Shown: one piece after another, positions 1 to 8,889 of the stretch | How the letters are laid out: every line of letters begins with the position of its first letter | How positions within the stretch are numbered: the first letter of the stretch is position 1 | From: an archaeon RBG_16_50_20 | Lineage (GTDB): Archaea > Thermoproteota > Bathyarchaeia > 40CM-2-53-6 | Assembly (NCBI GenBank): GCA_001768965.1 | Contig: MEMY01000095.1 | Span: 1-33,361 of the forward strand | Direction: 5' to 3' | DNA: 33,361 nt | Made by a program: the position numbers and the translations under genes | The notes under the pieces: model-generated | The model's database searches: none | Told to the model about the DNA's origin: nothing | Seen by the model: the letters and a program-made list of their open reading frames with translations, nothing else

Positions 1-56
1 TACGGCGGCTCGTGTAACGTCGGCGGCATCGCGGCACTTGGCCCGTAGGTCGTTAT

Positions 57-284
57 TTAAGGATTCATTAGCTCGCGCTGCCAAGCTCCACAGAAAGCGC
101 ACTTCCGAACACCTTCAGGAATCATCGAACCACAAGCCCTGCAATGCACCAGCTTCTCAAGTTCGATGATTGGTTCCGCGGACAAAGCTCGGCGTCTTCG
201 CAGAAACCAACGAATGACCAAGAACAAAGCGAGTATTGCAATTAGGATGGCAGTTGCATCTAGGATTTCGAGCATGGGTGTCAA
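57..284 (-). CDS. Small membrane-anchored zinc-ribbon protein
   Basis: N-terminal hydrophobic helix (ILIAILALFLVI) followed by RRRR, then CRAC-x10-CAFC zinc ribbon. Confidence 0.7.
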   Translation of the reverse strand: MTPMLEILDATAILIAILALFLVIRWFLRRRRALSAEPIIELEKLVHCRACGSMIPEGVRKCAFCGAWQRELMNP

Positions 285-349
285 ATGATAAGGCCAACAG
301 GTGTATTACAGTTAGGCCCGTGTCATAACTGCATCGAGTTGCTGAAGAA

Positions 350-1900
350 ATGGATCACCTTCACAGTGAAGGGTTTCAAAAGGTAACCAGAGTTGACGAC
401 GCCCTTCGAATTTTCCTCGCAGCGATGCGTAGGCCTCCGCCAAAAACAGAGTCAGTTATTCTCTCTGAGGCTCTCGGAAGAGTGTTGGGCGATGACATTG
501 TATCTCGACAATTCATCCCAGCTGTCGATCGATCGGTCATGGACGGCTATGCTGTTCGTTCTGCGGATATCGCAAATGCCTCCGAGGAGCACCCTATTGC
601 TCTGGAAGTGGCGGGAGAGAGTAGAATTGGTGAGGTATGCCGAATCGTCGTGAAAGCTAGACAGGCAGTAACGGTCGCGACCGGGAGCATGATTCCTCCT
701 GAAGCAGATGCAGTGGTAATGGTCGAGATAACTCGGATTCTTCCGGACCGTAAGGTCGTTGTCCATGCTCCGACCACTCCGGGCCAAAACATTTCCAAAA
801 GGGGTGAAGATGTCTCGCCGGGGACACTTGTTCTGAGGAAAGGCCAACGCCTTCGCGCCCAGGACTTGGCTATACTGAGAGCAATGGGCTCTGCGAAAGT
901 CAGGGTCGTCAGGCGAATTCGAATAGGTATCATATCGACCGGTAACGAACTTGTGAACTTACCGGGAAAGAGAGATGTCGGCAAGGTTGTTGACCTCAAT
1001 AGGCAAATCCTATCAGCGATGTCAGAGGAATTGGGAGCCCAACCCATGGACCTGGGAATCGCCCGGGACGATGAATCAGGGATTATTCGAATTCTACGGA
1101 AAGCCTTGCGATCCTGCGACGTTATCCTGATTACTGCTGGATCCTCGGTGGGGAGGAAAGATCTCGTCCCAGAATGCATCAACAGGCTTGGCAAGCCGGG
1201 GATGCTGGTCCATGGTGTTGCAATGCGACCATCTCTACCAACAGGGTTGGCAGTTGTGAGTGGGAAACCGATACTATCACTCCCGGGCTTTCCTGTATCA
1301 GCGATGATTGCGGAATTGGGAGCCCAACCCATGGACCTGGGAATCGCCCGGGACGATGAATCAGGGATTATTCGAATTCTACGGAAAGCCTTGCGATCCT
1401 GCGACGTTATCCTGATTACTGCTGGATCCTCGGTGGGGAGGAAAGATCTCGTCCCAGAATGCATCAACAGGCTTGGCAAGCCGGGGATGCTGGTCCATGG
1501 TGTTGCAATGCGACCATCTCTACCAACAGGGTTGGCAGTTGTGAGTGGGAAACCGATAGTATCACTCCCGGGCTTTCCTGTATCGGCGATGATTGCCTTT
1601 CGCGTCTTCGGCCGGCCTCTAATCGGTCGACTCATGGGCACCGGGGAGCCCTCAGAGCCGGTTGTCAAGGCGGTTCTGAAAGAGCGGATCAGCGGACCGA
1701 AAGGTTATCGGACATTCGTCAGGGTGATGTTGAGAAAGACCCTCGATGGGTTGGTTGCGGAGCCCCTGAAGCTTCAGCGAGCTTCGGTCCTAATGAGCAT
1801 GGTTGCCGCAAATGGAATAATCATTATCCCAGAACATGTTGAAGCCTTTGATGCGGGGCAAGAAGTTGACGTGGCGGTTATCGGCGAAATCGCATCCTAG
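350..1900 (+). CDS. moeA: Molybdopterin molybdenumtransferase MoeA with an internal 95-aa duplication
   Basis: Motifs SVMDGYAV, TGSMIP..ADAVVMVE, STGNEL, SSVG and LPGFPVS. About 95 aa longer than typical because of the tandem repeat. Confidence 0.92.
   Translation: MDHLHSEGFQKVTRVDDALRIFLAAMRRPPPKTESVILSEALGRVLGDDIVSRQFIPAVDRSVMDGYAVRSADIANASEEHPIALEVAGESRIGEVCRIVVKARQAVTVATGSMIPPEADAVVMVEITRILPDRKVVVHAPTTPGQNISKRGEDVSPGTLVLRKGQRLRAQDLAILRAMGSAKVRVVRRIRIGIISTGNELVNLPGKRDVGKVVDLNRQILSAMSEELGAQPMDLGIARDDESGIIRILRKALRSCDVILITAGSSVGRKDLVPECINRLGKPGMLVHGVAMRPSLPTGLAVVSGKPILSLPGFPVSAMIAELGAQPMDLGIARDDESGIIRILRKALRSCDVILITAGSSVGRKDLVPECINRLGKPGMLVHGVAMRPSLPTGLAVVSGKPIVSLPGFPVSAMIAFRVFGRPLIGRLMGTGEPSEPVVKAVLKERISGPKGYRTFVRVMLRKTLDGLVAEPLKLQRASVLMSMVAANGIIIIPEHVEAFDAGQEVDVAVIGEIAS
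1027..1596 (+). repeat. 285-bp direct tandem duplication (1027-1311 and 1312-1596), in frame within moeA
   Basis: Both copies start ggaattgggagccc and end gatgattgc. I see only two differences (atacta/atagta; tatcagcg/tatcggcg). Confidence 0.95.
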
Positions 1901-1911
1901 AGCCGCATCGG

Positions 1912-2235
1912 CTACTTGCGGGTTTTCTCTTGACTTGATTTCGCCGCTCTGATCTTCTTGATCTCACTTGCCAATGAACGCAACATGGTAGTCCTTGCGT
2001 CATTCTTGGGCAAGATAACGTATCCACCCTTCTCCCACCAAGAGCGGGGACGGGACTTACCAGCAGCAACCTCAGCTTCCAGCGATAGTCGTGTTGCAGC
2101 TTCGTTAATCTCCTCCAGCCTCGGAGCTTGAACCGCTAAACCCTTGGCCAGTTTCCGACCTTCTTCTCGAGATTTCGTGGAATCTAAGTTAGCGGGCCAG
2201 ATTACCCGCTTTCCCGGCTGTTTCAACCGGTCCAA
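1912..2235 (-). CDS. srp19: Signal recognition particle 19 kDa protein
   Basis: VIWPANLDSTKSREEGRK, AVQAP.LEEI and RPRSWWE..G match SRP19/Sec65; lies directly after rps8e, the usual archaeal order. Confidence 0.93.
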   Translation of the reverse strand: MDRLKQPGKRVIWPANLDSTKSREEGRKLAKGLAVQAPRLEEINEAATRLSLEAEVAAGKSRPRSWWEKGGYVILPKNDARTTMLRSLASEIKKIRAAKSSQEKTRK

Positions 2236-2260
2236 CCACTAAGAAAGAAAGCGGTTATTG

Positions 2261-2656
2261 CTACTTCTCGGATCCCTGAACGAGGACTGCGTTCACGGCC
2301 CCATGTTGACCAGGCCTGGATGTGACAATTGCCTGTCCCAGTGGGGTGTCCAGGATCGCGCCCTTTGTTATGACGCCTCGGCGTTGGTAGTCTACGTTGG
2401 CGGGGTTCTTCAGGACTCCGCGAATTTCAGTCTTCTGACTTTTTCCAGTTGCAGGGTCGGTTACGTTGACTGTATTCACTGCCAAAGATCTGAGCTTGTC
2501 CTTCCCACCGCGTCCGCGCTTCTTTGTAATGCGCGTCTCACCAACGATGGTCTCCGCGGGGTCGCTTCCCATTTCGAAAGCGCGTTTGCCGCGGAAGATG
2601 TGCCTCTTCCCACCTGTCTTCTTGCGTTTGCGTTGATTTCCGTGCCATTGGGGCAT
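2261..2656 (-). CDS. rps8e: 30S ribosomal protein S8e
   Basis: RKKTGGK, RGRGG, NPAN..YQRRGVITKGAI, TSRPGQHGAVNAVL. Confidence 0.97.
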   Translation of the reverse strand: MPQWHGNQRKRKKTGGKRHIFRGKRAFEMGSDPAETIVGETRITKKRGRGGKDKLRSLAVNTVNVTDPATGKSQKTEIRGVLKNPANVDYQRRGVITKGAILDTPLGQAIVTSRPGQHGAVNAVLVQGSEK

Positions 2657-2730
2657 TTTGCAATGCTACTCCAGTTGGGATTTTACTGAGAGGCAAGTCG
2701 CCGTTCATTTAAGGGTTGTTGTATGCACAA

Positions 2731-2901
2731 CTAGGATGGAAGTTGATCATTCTCGCTCAAGACTTTGTGCAATAGTTGATAGAGCTGCTTTGCTTTCTCG
2801 ACAGTCATCGTCAGCGTGATTGATGCTCCTTCAGTGGTTCTTGGGATGAAGATGTCTACTGTTTCTTTCAGCTTGTTAAACTCGACCATGACCAAATGCA
2901 A
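2731..2901 (-). CDS. Small hypothetical protein, 56 aa (not in ORF track): MHLVMVEFNKLKETVDIFIPRTTEGASITLTMTVEKAKQLYQLLHKVLSENDQLPS
   Basis: Fills the scpB-rps8e gap on the same strand. TTG start preceded by GAGGT; alternative ATG at 2889. Beta-strand then amphipathic-helix pattern. Confidence 0.65.
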   Translation of the reverse strand: MHLVMVEFNKLKETVDIFIPRTTEGASITLTMTVEKAKQLYQLLHKVLSENDQLPS

Positions 2902-2959
2902 TTCAACCTCAATGCAAACGACTAGGAATCGACCCTCCGATTACATTCGATTGCTGACC

Positions 2960-3625
2960 CTAGGGACTTAAGCTCTTGCCTTCCAAACGAGCAGTTAACG
3001 CATTCTTCACTTGATCAGCATTCATGGGCGTCTTCTTGGACATCTTGCTCGCCTTGATGGATTGAAACATCTTCTCCAACTGCTTTTTCATCGTCGGCAG
3101 ATCATGGCTGAGATTGAAATAATCCGCAAAATTGGGCGTAGTCCGCAAAATCTTCGTGCGTCCCAACCTCTCTTCCGCGATTAACCCCATCTCTCGAAGC
3201 TGTTTGACATGTGAGTACGCCAGGTTGCCCCTCACTTTGGCGAGGTAGGACTGTGGTATAGGTTGTCGATATGCGATGAAGGAGAGCGTCTTCATCGGGC
3301 CGGCTGTCAACAACTGCCTCGATGCGAGCTTCTTAACATGCTTCACATATTGTGGTTTCAGTTGCATTACGAACCTACCATCGCTCAACTCCAGAATCTC
3401 GAGACAGGTTCCATCACTTCCGTACTTCTCCTTGACCAGCCTAGCGAGTTCTCGTGTTTTATCCTCAGATCGAAAACCCACTACAGAACCTAACGTTTTG
3501 AGATCGATTGGTCGTCCCGTCACGTACAACGCAGCCTCTATCAGTGCCATCTTGCCCTTTGATCTCAGTGGCGAAAATGCGGGTTGCTTCTGTGGGAGCG
3601 TGGGTTGCTTTACTGTTTCAAGCAA
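2960..3625 (-). CDS. scpB: SMC-Scp complex subunit ScpB (kite)
   Basis: IEAALY, TLSFIAYRQPI, VRG, L..MGLI, TTPNFADYFNL; overlaps the scpA stop. Confidence 0.95.
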   Translation of the reverse strand: MLETVKQPTLPQKQPAFSPLRSKGKMALIEAALYVTGRPIDLKTLGSVVGFRSEDKTRELARLVKEKYGSDGTCLEILELSDGRFVMQLKPQYVKHVKKLASRQLLTAGPMKTLSFIAYRQPIPQSYLAKVRGNLAYSHVKQLREMGLIAEERLGRTKILRTTPNFADYFNLSHDLPTMKKQLEKMFQSIKASKMSKKTPMNADQVKNALTARLEGKSLSP

Positions 3626-4289
3626 TTGGCGGTGACACCTCGCCTAGACGTATGAGAATGTCTGTACCCTGCTCCTCTTGTGCTATAATGACCTTCTTTT
3701 GATGGGCCAAGAACAGCAGCATAATGAATACTCGAACGATCTGTATGAACGGTTCTCCCTTCACCATTTTCCTGAAAGAGATCGGCACGCCACGGATGCT
3801 CAACTTGATCAGCTCGGCGTAGAAGTCCTGTATGTTCTCTTCTATGTTCGCTAGGAATTCATCTAACTGCTCAAAGACGGAGGGCGGACTCAAAACGAAA
3901 GGTTTCTTCGCAAGAAGCGCCTTCTCGTTTGTCAAAACCTCCTGAAGCGTACGAAGAATCTCCACAACCGATGTTGAAGTATATTCGAATCTCAACGGGA
4001 AAGGCAGCGGAGGAGGTATATCCTCTATTGGTTTCGGAACTGGTGGTTTGGGCGGTTCCTCCATCTTCAATACAAGCTCTGACTTCATGCGATGGACTAT
4101 TGAAGACGAGAGCAGAGCGGTCCCAGAAGCGGAGAAGTCGATGTAACCATTGTCCTTCATCTCGGCAAGGAAAGAATTCAACAGGGAAGCTATGTCAACG
4201 TCCCATGGCTTGATTCTGTGAAGCCTCAGCAAGTCGAAGAGGATGAGGTATGGAGGTCTCAGCCAGAAGGGCTTACTTAGCTCTTCCAA
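3618..4289 (-). CDS. scpA: Kleisin ScpA
   Basis: IKPWDVDI, SGTALL..S..HRMKSE.L and C-terminal FIMLLFLA winged helix; sits between smc and scpB with overlaps. Confidence 0.9.
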   Translation of the reverse strand: MEELSKPFWLRPPYLILFDLLRLHRIKPWDVDIASLLNSFLAEMKDNGYIDFSASGTALLSSSIVHRMKSELVLKMEEPPKPPVPKPIEDIPPPLPFPLRFEYTSTSVVEILRTLQEVLTNEKALLAKKPFVLSPPSVFEQLDEFLANIEENIQDFYAELIKLSIRGVPISFRKMVKGEPFIQIVRVFIMLLFLAHQKKVIIAQEEQGTDILIRLGEVSPPIA

Positions 4290-7200
4290 CGGCCTTCACC
4301 TCCTGCATCGGTAAGCCGACCACTTGAGACGTCCCCTCTTGAATGAAAACTCCATAGACACTGTCGGCTCTTGCGATCGTCACGTCCTTCAATGATACTA
4401 CGATGAACTGAGAACCCTTGGATTTCGACTTGAGAAGCTCTGCGAGTCGTTGAGAGTTGACAACATCCAAGTGGGCATCCATCTCGTCCATCATGTAGAA
4501 GGGCATTGGATGGATCGCCTGCAAAGCTAGGATGAAGCACACTGTCCCGACGGATTTCTCGCCCCCGCTCGCGCTACCAATCGTCATCTCAGTCTTGCCG
4601 GGGAACTGTAGGCGTATGTCTGCTCCAGCTTCAAATGGGTTTTCGGGTTTCTCTAAGAACAGACGTCCCGCGCCTCCAGTGACCGTGGAGAAGATCTCGT
4701 TGAACGATTGGCTTACTTGGTTGAAGGCTTTCATGAAAGCTTCAAGCTTCTGTCGATCGACCTCGTTCATGAACTGGACAATCGACAGCTTCTCCTTTTC
4801 GAGATCATAGATCCTTGAAGCAAGGTGCTTGTAATTCTCCTTCACCTCTTCGTACTGCGACGCTGCAAGCTCGTTTACCCCGCCGATCGCCGCGATTTCC
4901 TTCTTCAGAATTGGTAGAGTCTTCTCTACGCCTTCTATCTCCTCATCAGCAACTTCTACTAGGTCTGAGTAGCCGAGTTCTCTTAGCTCGTTCATGTGGA
5001 ACTCGATTTGCATCCGTTGGTGCTTGGATGAGGCGGTAAGATCTGCCAGTTCCGTGTTTATGGGATCAAGCTCGTCTAGGAGTTTGGTTATCTCGGTCTC
5101 GATCTTCTTAGATTGGCCATCATATTCGTTCCGTTTTGCTTTAACCCCAGAGAGTTCCTCCGACAGTTGTTCTCGGCTTGCCTGTAACGTCTTTAGCTGG
5201 TCTTCGAATTTCGACATTTCAGCCTGCGTTAATGTCAGGTCAGAAGCCAGTTTCTGCAGTTGTTTATCGATGCTTGAGGTTTGGGTCTTGGTTTGTTCGA
5301 CAGAGGGTTCGATGACCGCGACAGTTGAGGATACGGATTCGATTCGACTGTCAGTCTCAATCTTCTGTCTTACTAGATCATTCAATTCAGTTGTAAGCTT
5401 AGCGTGGTCATTCTCCTTTTCTAGAAGTGTAGCGGAGCGAGAGCGTAGCTTCAGCGCGCCCCTATTCCGCTCGTACTCTGACAATCGTTGCTGTATCGGC
5501 TCTTTGTGCGCCACACTTGCCTCCAGGATGGCCTGTTCCGTTCCAATCTCGTGGACAATCTGTTCGATTCGAGTCTCTGTGTCTACGATGCTTCTGCGGG
5601 CCCGGTCCAAGCTCTCGATGAAGGATGCGATTTCTCTTTCAGTTGATCGTATGAGGTTCTGACTTTGTGCCTTTCTCTTACTCTGATCGAGGATCTCTTG
5701 GTCCACTCTATCAATATCCTCACGGGATTTCGCTGCCAGCCGCTCCAAAGAGGATAGCGTGTTTTTCAACTGCTCAACGGTTTGACCATTCAAGAGGAGC
5801 TTGGAGAGGTCGAAGGGCTGTCTGAAATATCCAGTCTCCATGGCGCCGCCCGGTTCATAGAGGTCCCCGGTTGCGGCAACCGCTCTGGTGCCCCTCAGAG
5901 AGGCAAGAAACGCGGATTTCTGGTTAGACGTCAGAATCGTGTCGCCGAACACAAAGTCGACCGCAGCTTTGAAAGGTTCGTCGAAAACGAGCTGGTCTGT
6001 CAAAGGACCGATTATGTTCCGAAGGCCTCTGGGATAATTCACCTTCTTCTGGAACGTAAGGTCTCCGAGTGGGATCAGCTTTACCCGGCCGACCTTCGCC
6101 TTCTTTAGGGCTTCAATGCATGAAACCGCGGTTCCTATGTTCTTCACAACGAGAGCTTTCATCCATCCTGCTGAGGCGGCCTCGACCGCCTTAGAATACC
6201 CATCCTTGACCTTGACGAGTGATAGTAGTCGTCCGTAGACGCCTTGAACTGCACCCGCCTTTGCCATCTCCTCAATTAGGTTTAGCGCTTTGTCCTCAGA
6301 AGCCATGTTCTCCGCTAGGTTCTTCTGAGTCTCAATTTCTACCAGCGCAGAGTTTGCTCGTTTGGCAACCTCGTTAGCGTGCTCTATCTCCTTAGTCCGT
6401 TGCTTCTTAAGCTCCGAATACTCTGCGACCTTCTTGTCAAAGTCCCCTAGCGTCGATTCCTCATCTCGCTTAACGGTCGCTAAGTCCTCAAGACGCTTGG
6501 TGACGGTCTGCAGTAACATTTCGTACTCTTCTTTCCTGGACCTGAGCGTTCGAAGGTGATTCTGAAGAAGGTCGATCTTGGTCGCGCTGGCTTTGATTTG
6601 AGCGTTGAACTTGATGATTCTGTGAGTTTGTGCACTTATCGAACGCTCAAGGTCTTCGGCATCCTTGCTGTTCTCGCCCAGCTTATTCCTAAGTTCGGTC
6701 AGCGTTTTGCTGGACTCGTCAACTTTCACTTGAGTCGCTTCGATTGCTCTGAGAACTTTCGTTTTTTGAATTCTGAGTTGTCGGAGCTCGTTTTTGGAAT
6801 TGCTTATCTTCTGGAGGATCTCTCCAGAGTTCTGTTCGAGATCGGTCTTTTGTTTTTCGAGGGATTTGATGTTTGCTTGTATTGCATTTGCCTGTGCCTT
6901 TAGACTCGCGATGGTTGCGCTGGCGTCACCCATCGCGCCTTGTACTTCGAGCAGTTTGCTGCTGCCCTTTTCGGCTACTGAGTCCTCGTATTCTCGTTTT
7001 TCGGATTCGACCTTTGATTTCTGCCGTATGAGCTCGTCTCTCTTTGCCTTAAGTTCTTGGAGTCTTTGCTGATGTTGGGTGATCTCGCCTTCTAGTTGGC
7101 TTGCTTGCTCCTGAGCTTTCTTGATTTTGTGTGAGAGAGTTTTTGCTTGAAGTTGGGAGATCTCCTTCCTGACTTGGAGGTATTTCAGGTAGTCATTGCG

Positions 7201-7824
7201 CTCTCGTTCCAGTGACTCGACGCGGAGTCGGACTTCCTCGATCTTGGCTGAGGCGACCTTGAGGTTGAGGTCGGCTTGCTGGAGCTCAGCTTGTGATGAG
7301 GCCTTCTTAACATCGTAGACGGCTATTCCTATCATGTCCTCAATTATTCGGCGGCGCTCTTCCGCGGTAACCTCCGCTAGTCTCGTTATGGCATGTTGTG
7401 GGACGATGTTGTAGCCTGAGACTTGGATATCAGCTGAGGAGAGGATGTCTGTGAGTTGCTTCCTGGAGATTCGCTTCCCGTTGAGTCGGTAAATGCCCTC
7501 TCCGCCGCGCCTGAATTCCCTAGAAATTGTCACAGCTTCAGAATCAATCGGGATCCTTCTGTCGTGATTATCGAACTGCACTGCAACATACGCGGAGTGT
7601 AGAGAAGTCGTTTGGGAGCTCTTGTGGATCAAGTCTCCGATTGTTTCGCCCCTAAGCTCTTTGGGGCTCAATTCGCCAAGAGCGAATTTAACTGCGTCAA
7701 GAATGTTCGATTTGCCGGACCCGTTCGGGCCGGTTATGATGGTGAGACCGCGGTCGAGATGGACTGTTGCTTTTTTCCCGAAGGTCTTGAAACCTCTCAG
7801 GTCAACTCTTTTGATATACACCAT
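4273..7824 (-). CDS. smc: Chromosome segregation protein SMC
   Basis: Walker A GPNGSGKSN, long coiled coils, hinge (GVYG..., G.LYEPGGAMETG), signature ASGGEKS, Walker B/D-loop MMDEMDAHLD; 1183 aa. Confidence 0.97.
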   Translation of the reverse strand: MVYIKRVDLRGFKTFGKKATVHLDRGLTIITGPNGSGKSNILDAVKFALGELSPKELRGETIGDLIHKSSQTTSLHSAYVAVQFDNHDRRIPIDSEAVTISREFRRGGEGIYRLNGKRISRKQLTDILSSADIQVSGYNIVPQHAITRLAEVTAEERRRIIEDMIGIAVYDVKKASSQAELQQADLNLKVASAKIEEVRLRVESLERERNDYLKYLQVRKEISQLQAKTLSHKIKKAQEQASQLEGEITQHQQRLQELKAKRDELIRQKSKVESEKREYEDSVAEKGSSKLLEVQGAMGDASATIASLKAQANAIQANIKSLEKQKTDLEQNSGEILQKISNSKNELRQLRIQKTKVLRAIEATQVKVDESSKTLTELRNKLGENSKDAEDLERSISAQTHRIIKFNAQIKASATKIDLLQNHLRTLRSRKEEYEMLLQTVTKRLEDLATVKRDEESTLGDFDKKVAEYSELKKQRTKEIEHANEVAKRANSALVEIETQKNLAENMASEDKALNLIEEMAKAGAVQGVYGRLLSLVKVKDGYSKAVEAASAGWMKALVVKNIGTAVSCIEALKKAKVGRVKLIPLGDLTFQKKVNYPRGLRNIIGPLTDQLVFDEPFKAAVDFVFGDTILTSNQKSAFLASLRGTRAVAATGDLYEPGGAMETGYFRQPFDLSKLLLNGQTVEQLKNTLSSLERLAAKSREDIDRVDQEILDQSKRKAQSQNLIRSTEREIASFIESLDRARRSIVDTETRIEQIVHEIGTEQAILEASVAHKEPIQQRLSEYERNRGALKLRSRSATLLEKENDHAKLTTELNDLVRQKIETDSRIESVSSTVAVIEPSVEQTKTQTSSIDKQLQKLASDLTLTQAEMSKFEDQLKTLQASREQLSEELSGVKAKRNEYDGQSKKIETEITKLLDELDPINTELADLTASSKHQRMQIEFHMNELRELGYSDLVEVADEEIEGVEKTLPILKKEIAAIGGVNELAASQYEEVKENYKHLASRIYDLEKEKLSIVQFMNEVDRQKLEAFMKAFNQVSQSFNEIFSTVTGGAGRLFLEKPENPFEAGADIRLQFPGKTEMTIGSASGGEKSVGTVCFILALQAIHPMPFYMMDEMDAHLDVVNSQRLAELLKSKSKGSQFIVVSLKDVTIARADSVYGVFIQEGTSQVVGLPMQEVKAVGRAK

Positions 7825-8102
7825 TTGGAATCCATGCTCGCTGCGGTAGTTTCGCGGGATTTTGTAACTTTAGCAACTCACGTGGTAGACCGGATGCTGC
7901 GAAAGTGCGAAGATAAGGCTTGGTTACATTTTCATGATGATTTGTATGGATAAGCTCATGTCAAATTTGGCATAGTGCTGCCTTTTCATCCTCGGACAAC
8001 TAAGACAAGTTCAGCTAAACCCGGGGGCGGCAACGTGTCATCGTATAGGGGGAGGAACCATGCGAAAGGCTATATGCAATTGACCGAAGGCGTGAGGCTT
8101 GC

Positions 8103-8885
8103 TTATCTCCCGAAACGACGTTTACGACGTTGATAGGTCCTTACAGCTCGTAATAGATCTATCCTTCGAAACTCCGGCCAGTAGACATCAAGAAAAACGA
8201 ACTCGCTATACGCCGCCTGCCAGATCAGAAACCCGCTAAGCCTCTCTTCTCCAGAAGTGCGTATGATTAATTCAGGATAGGGATTGGGCAAGTGCGATGT
8301 GTACAAGTATTTTGTGAAGACGTCTTCGTCAACTGAATCTGCGTTCAAGGTGCCGCTTTGAACTTCGTCGATCATGCGTTTTGCAGCGTCAACGATTTCT
8401 GCGCGGCCACCGTAGGCGACGGCGATGTTCAGGTAGTGTTGGTCATAGGCTTCGGTGACCTTCTCAACCTCAGCAAGGACCAATCTTAGCGATTCAGGGA
8501 GAAGTTCGAGACGGCCAATCGCCTTTACGTGAACCTTATTTTCGTGTATGCGGCGGTCTGTTGTGAGTTTCCTAGCTTCGTTCTCAATGATCCTTAGAAT
8601 AGTTGCGACTTCATCCTTTGGCCTCAGGAAGTTCTCCGTCGAGAACACGTAAAGCGTGACAGTCTTGATACCTAACTCAAGGCACCATTCTAGGAAATTC
8701 TCTCCTGTTTGTGCACCGTAAAGGTGGCCGTTCAATTGGTCTCCGTGCTTCTCGAACCCCCACCTCCGGTTTCCATCAAGTATGATGCCCACATGTTCTG
8801 GCATCTCGTCTCCCGTGAGACTTCCTTCAAGCCATTTCTCATAGAGCTTGTAGGCGCCAATTGTTCGGAGTACTGTGGGTAACAT
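8103..8885 (-). CDS. uppS: cis-prenyltransferase (polyprenyl diphosphate synthase, UppS family)
   Basis: HVGIILDGNRRW, YVFSTENF.RP, AYGGRAEI, IIRTSGEERLSGFLIWQ, RRFGR. Confidence 0.96.
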   Translation of the reverse strand: MLPTVLRTIGAYKLYEKWLEGSLTGDEMPEHVGIILDGNRRWGFEKHGDQLNGHLYGAQTGENFLEWCLELGIKTVTLYVFSTENFLRPKDEVATILRIIENEARKLTTDRRIHENKVHVKAIGRLELLPESLRLVLAEVEKVTEAYDQHYLNIAVAYGGRAEIVDAAKRMIDEVQSGTLNADSVDEDVFTKYLYTSHLPNPYPELIIRTSGEERLSGFLIWQAAYSEFVFLDVYWPEFRRIDLLRAVRTYQRRKRRFGR

Positions 8886-8889
8886 CGTT

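Noticed and set aside
1-48. Possible 3' end of a + strand gene (YGGSCNVGGIAALGP*)
   Set aside because: Too short to support or assign.
547-1668. 373-aa antisense ORF with an internal repeat
   Set aside because: Shadow of moeA, lengthened by the same duplication. The other nested or antisense track ORFs were rejected likewise.
2960-7824. Wadjet/MksBEF anti-plasmid system
   Set aside because: Canonical hinge-containing Smc with ScpA/ScpB in a housekeeping context, and no JetD/Toprim nuclease.
7934-7980. C/D box sRNA (ATGATGA at 7934) and imperfect palindrome ATGTCAAATTTGGCAT (7958-7973)
   Set aside because: No CTGA D box at a suitable distance; a single imperfect palindrome could be chance.
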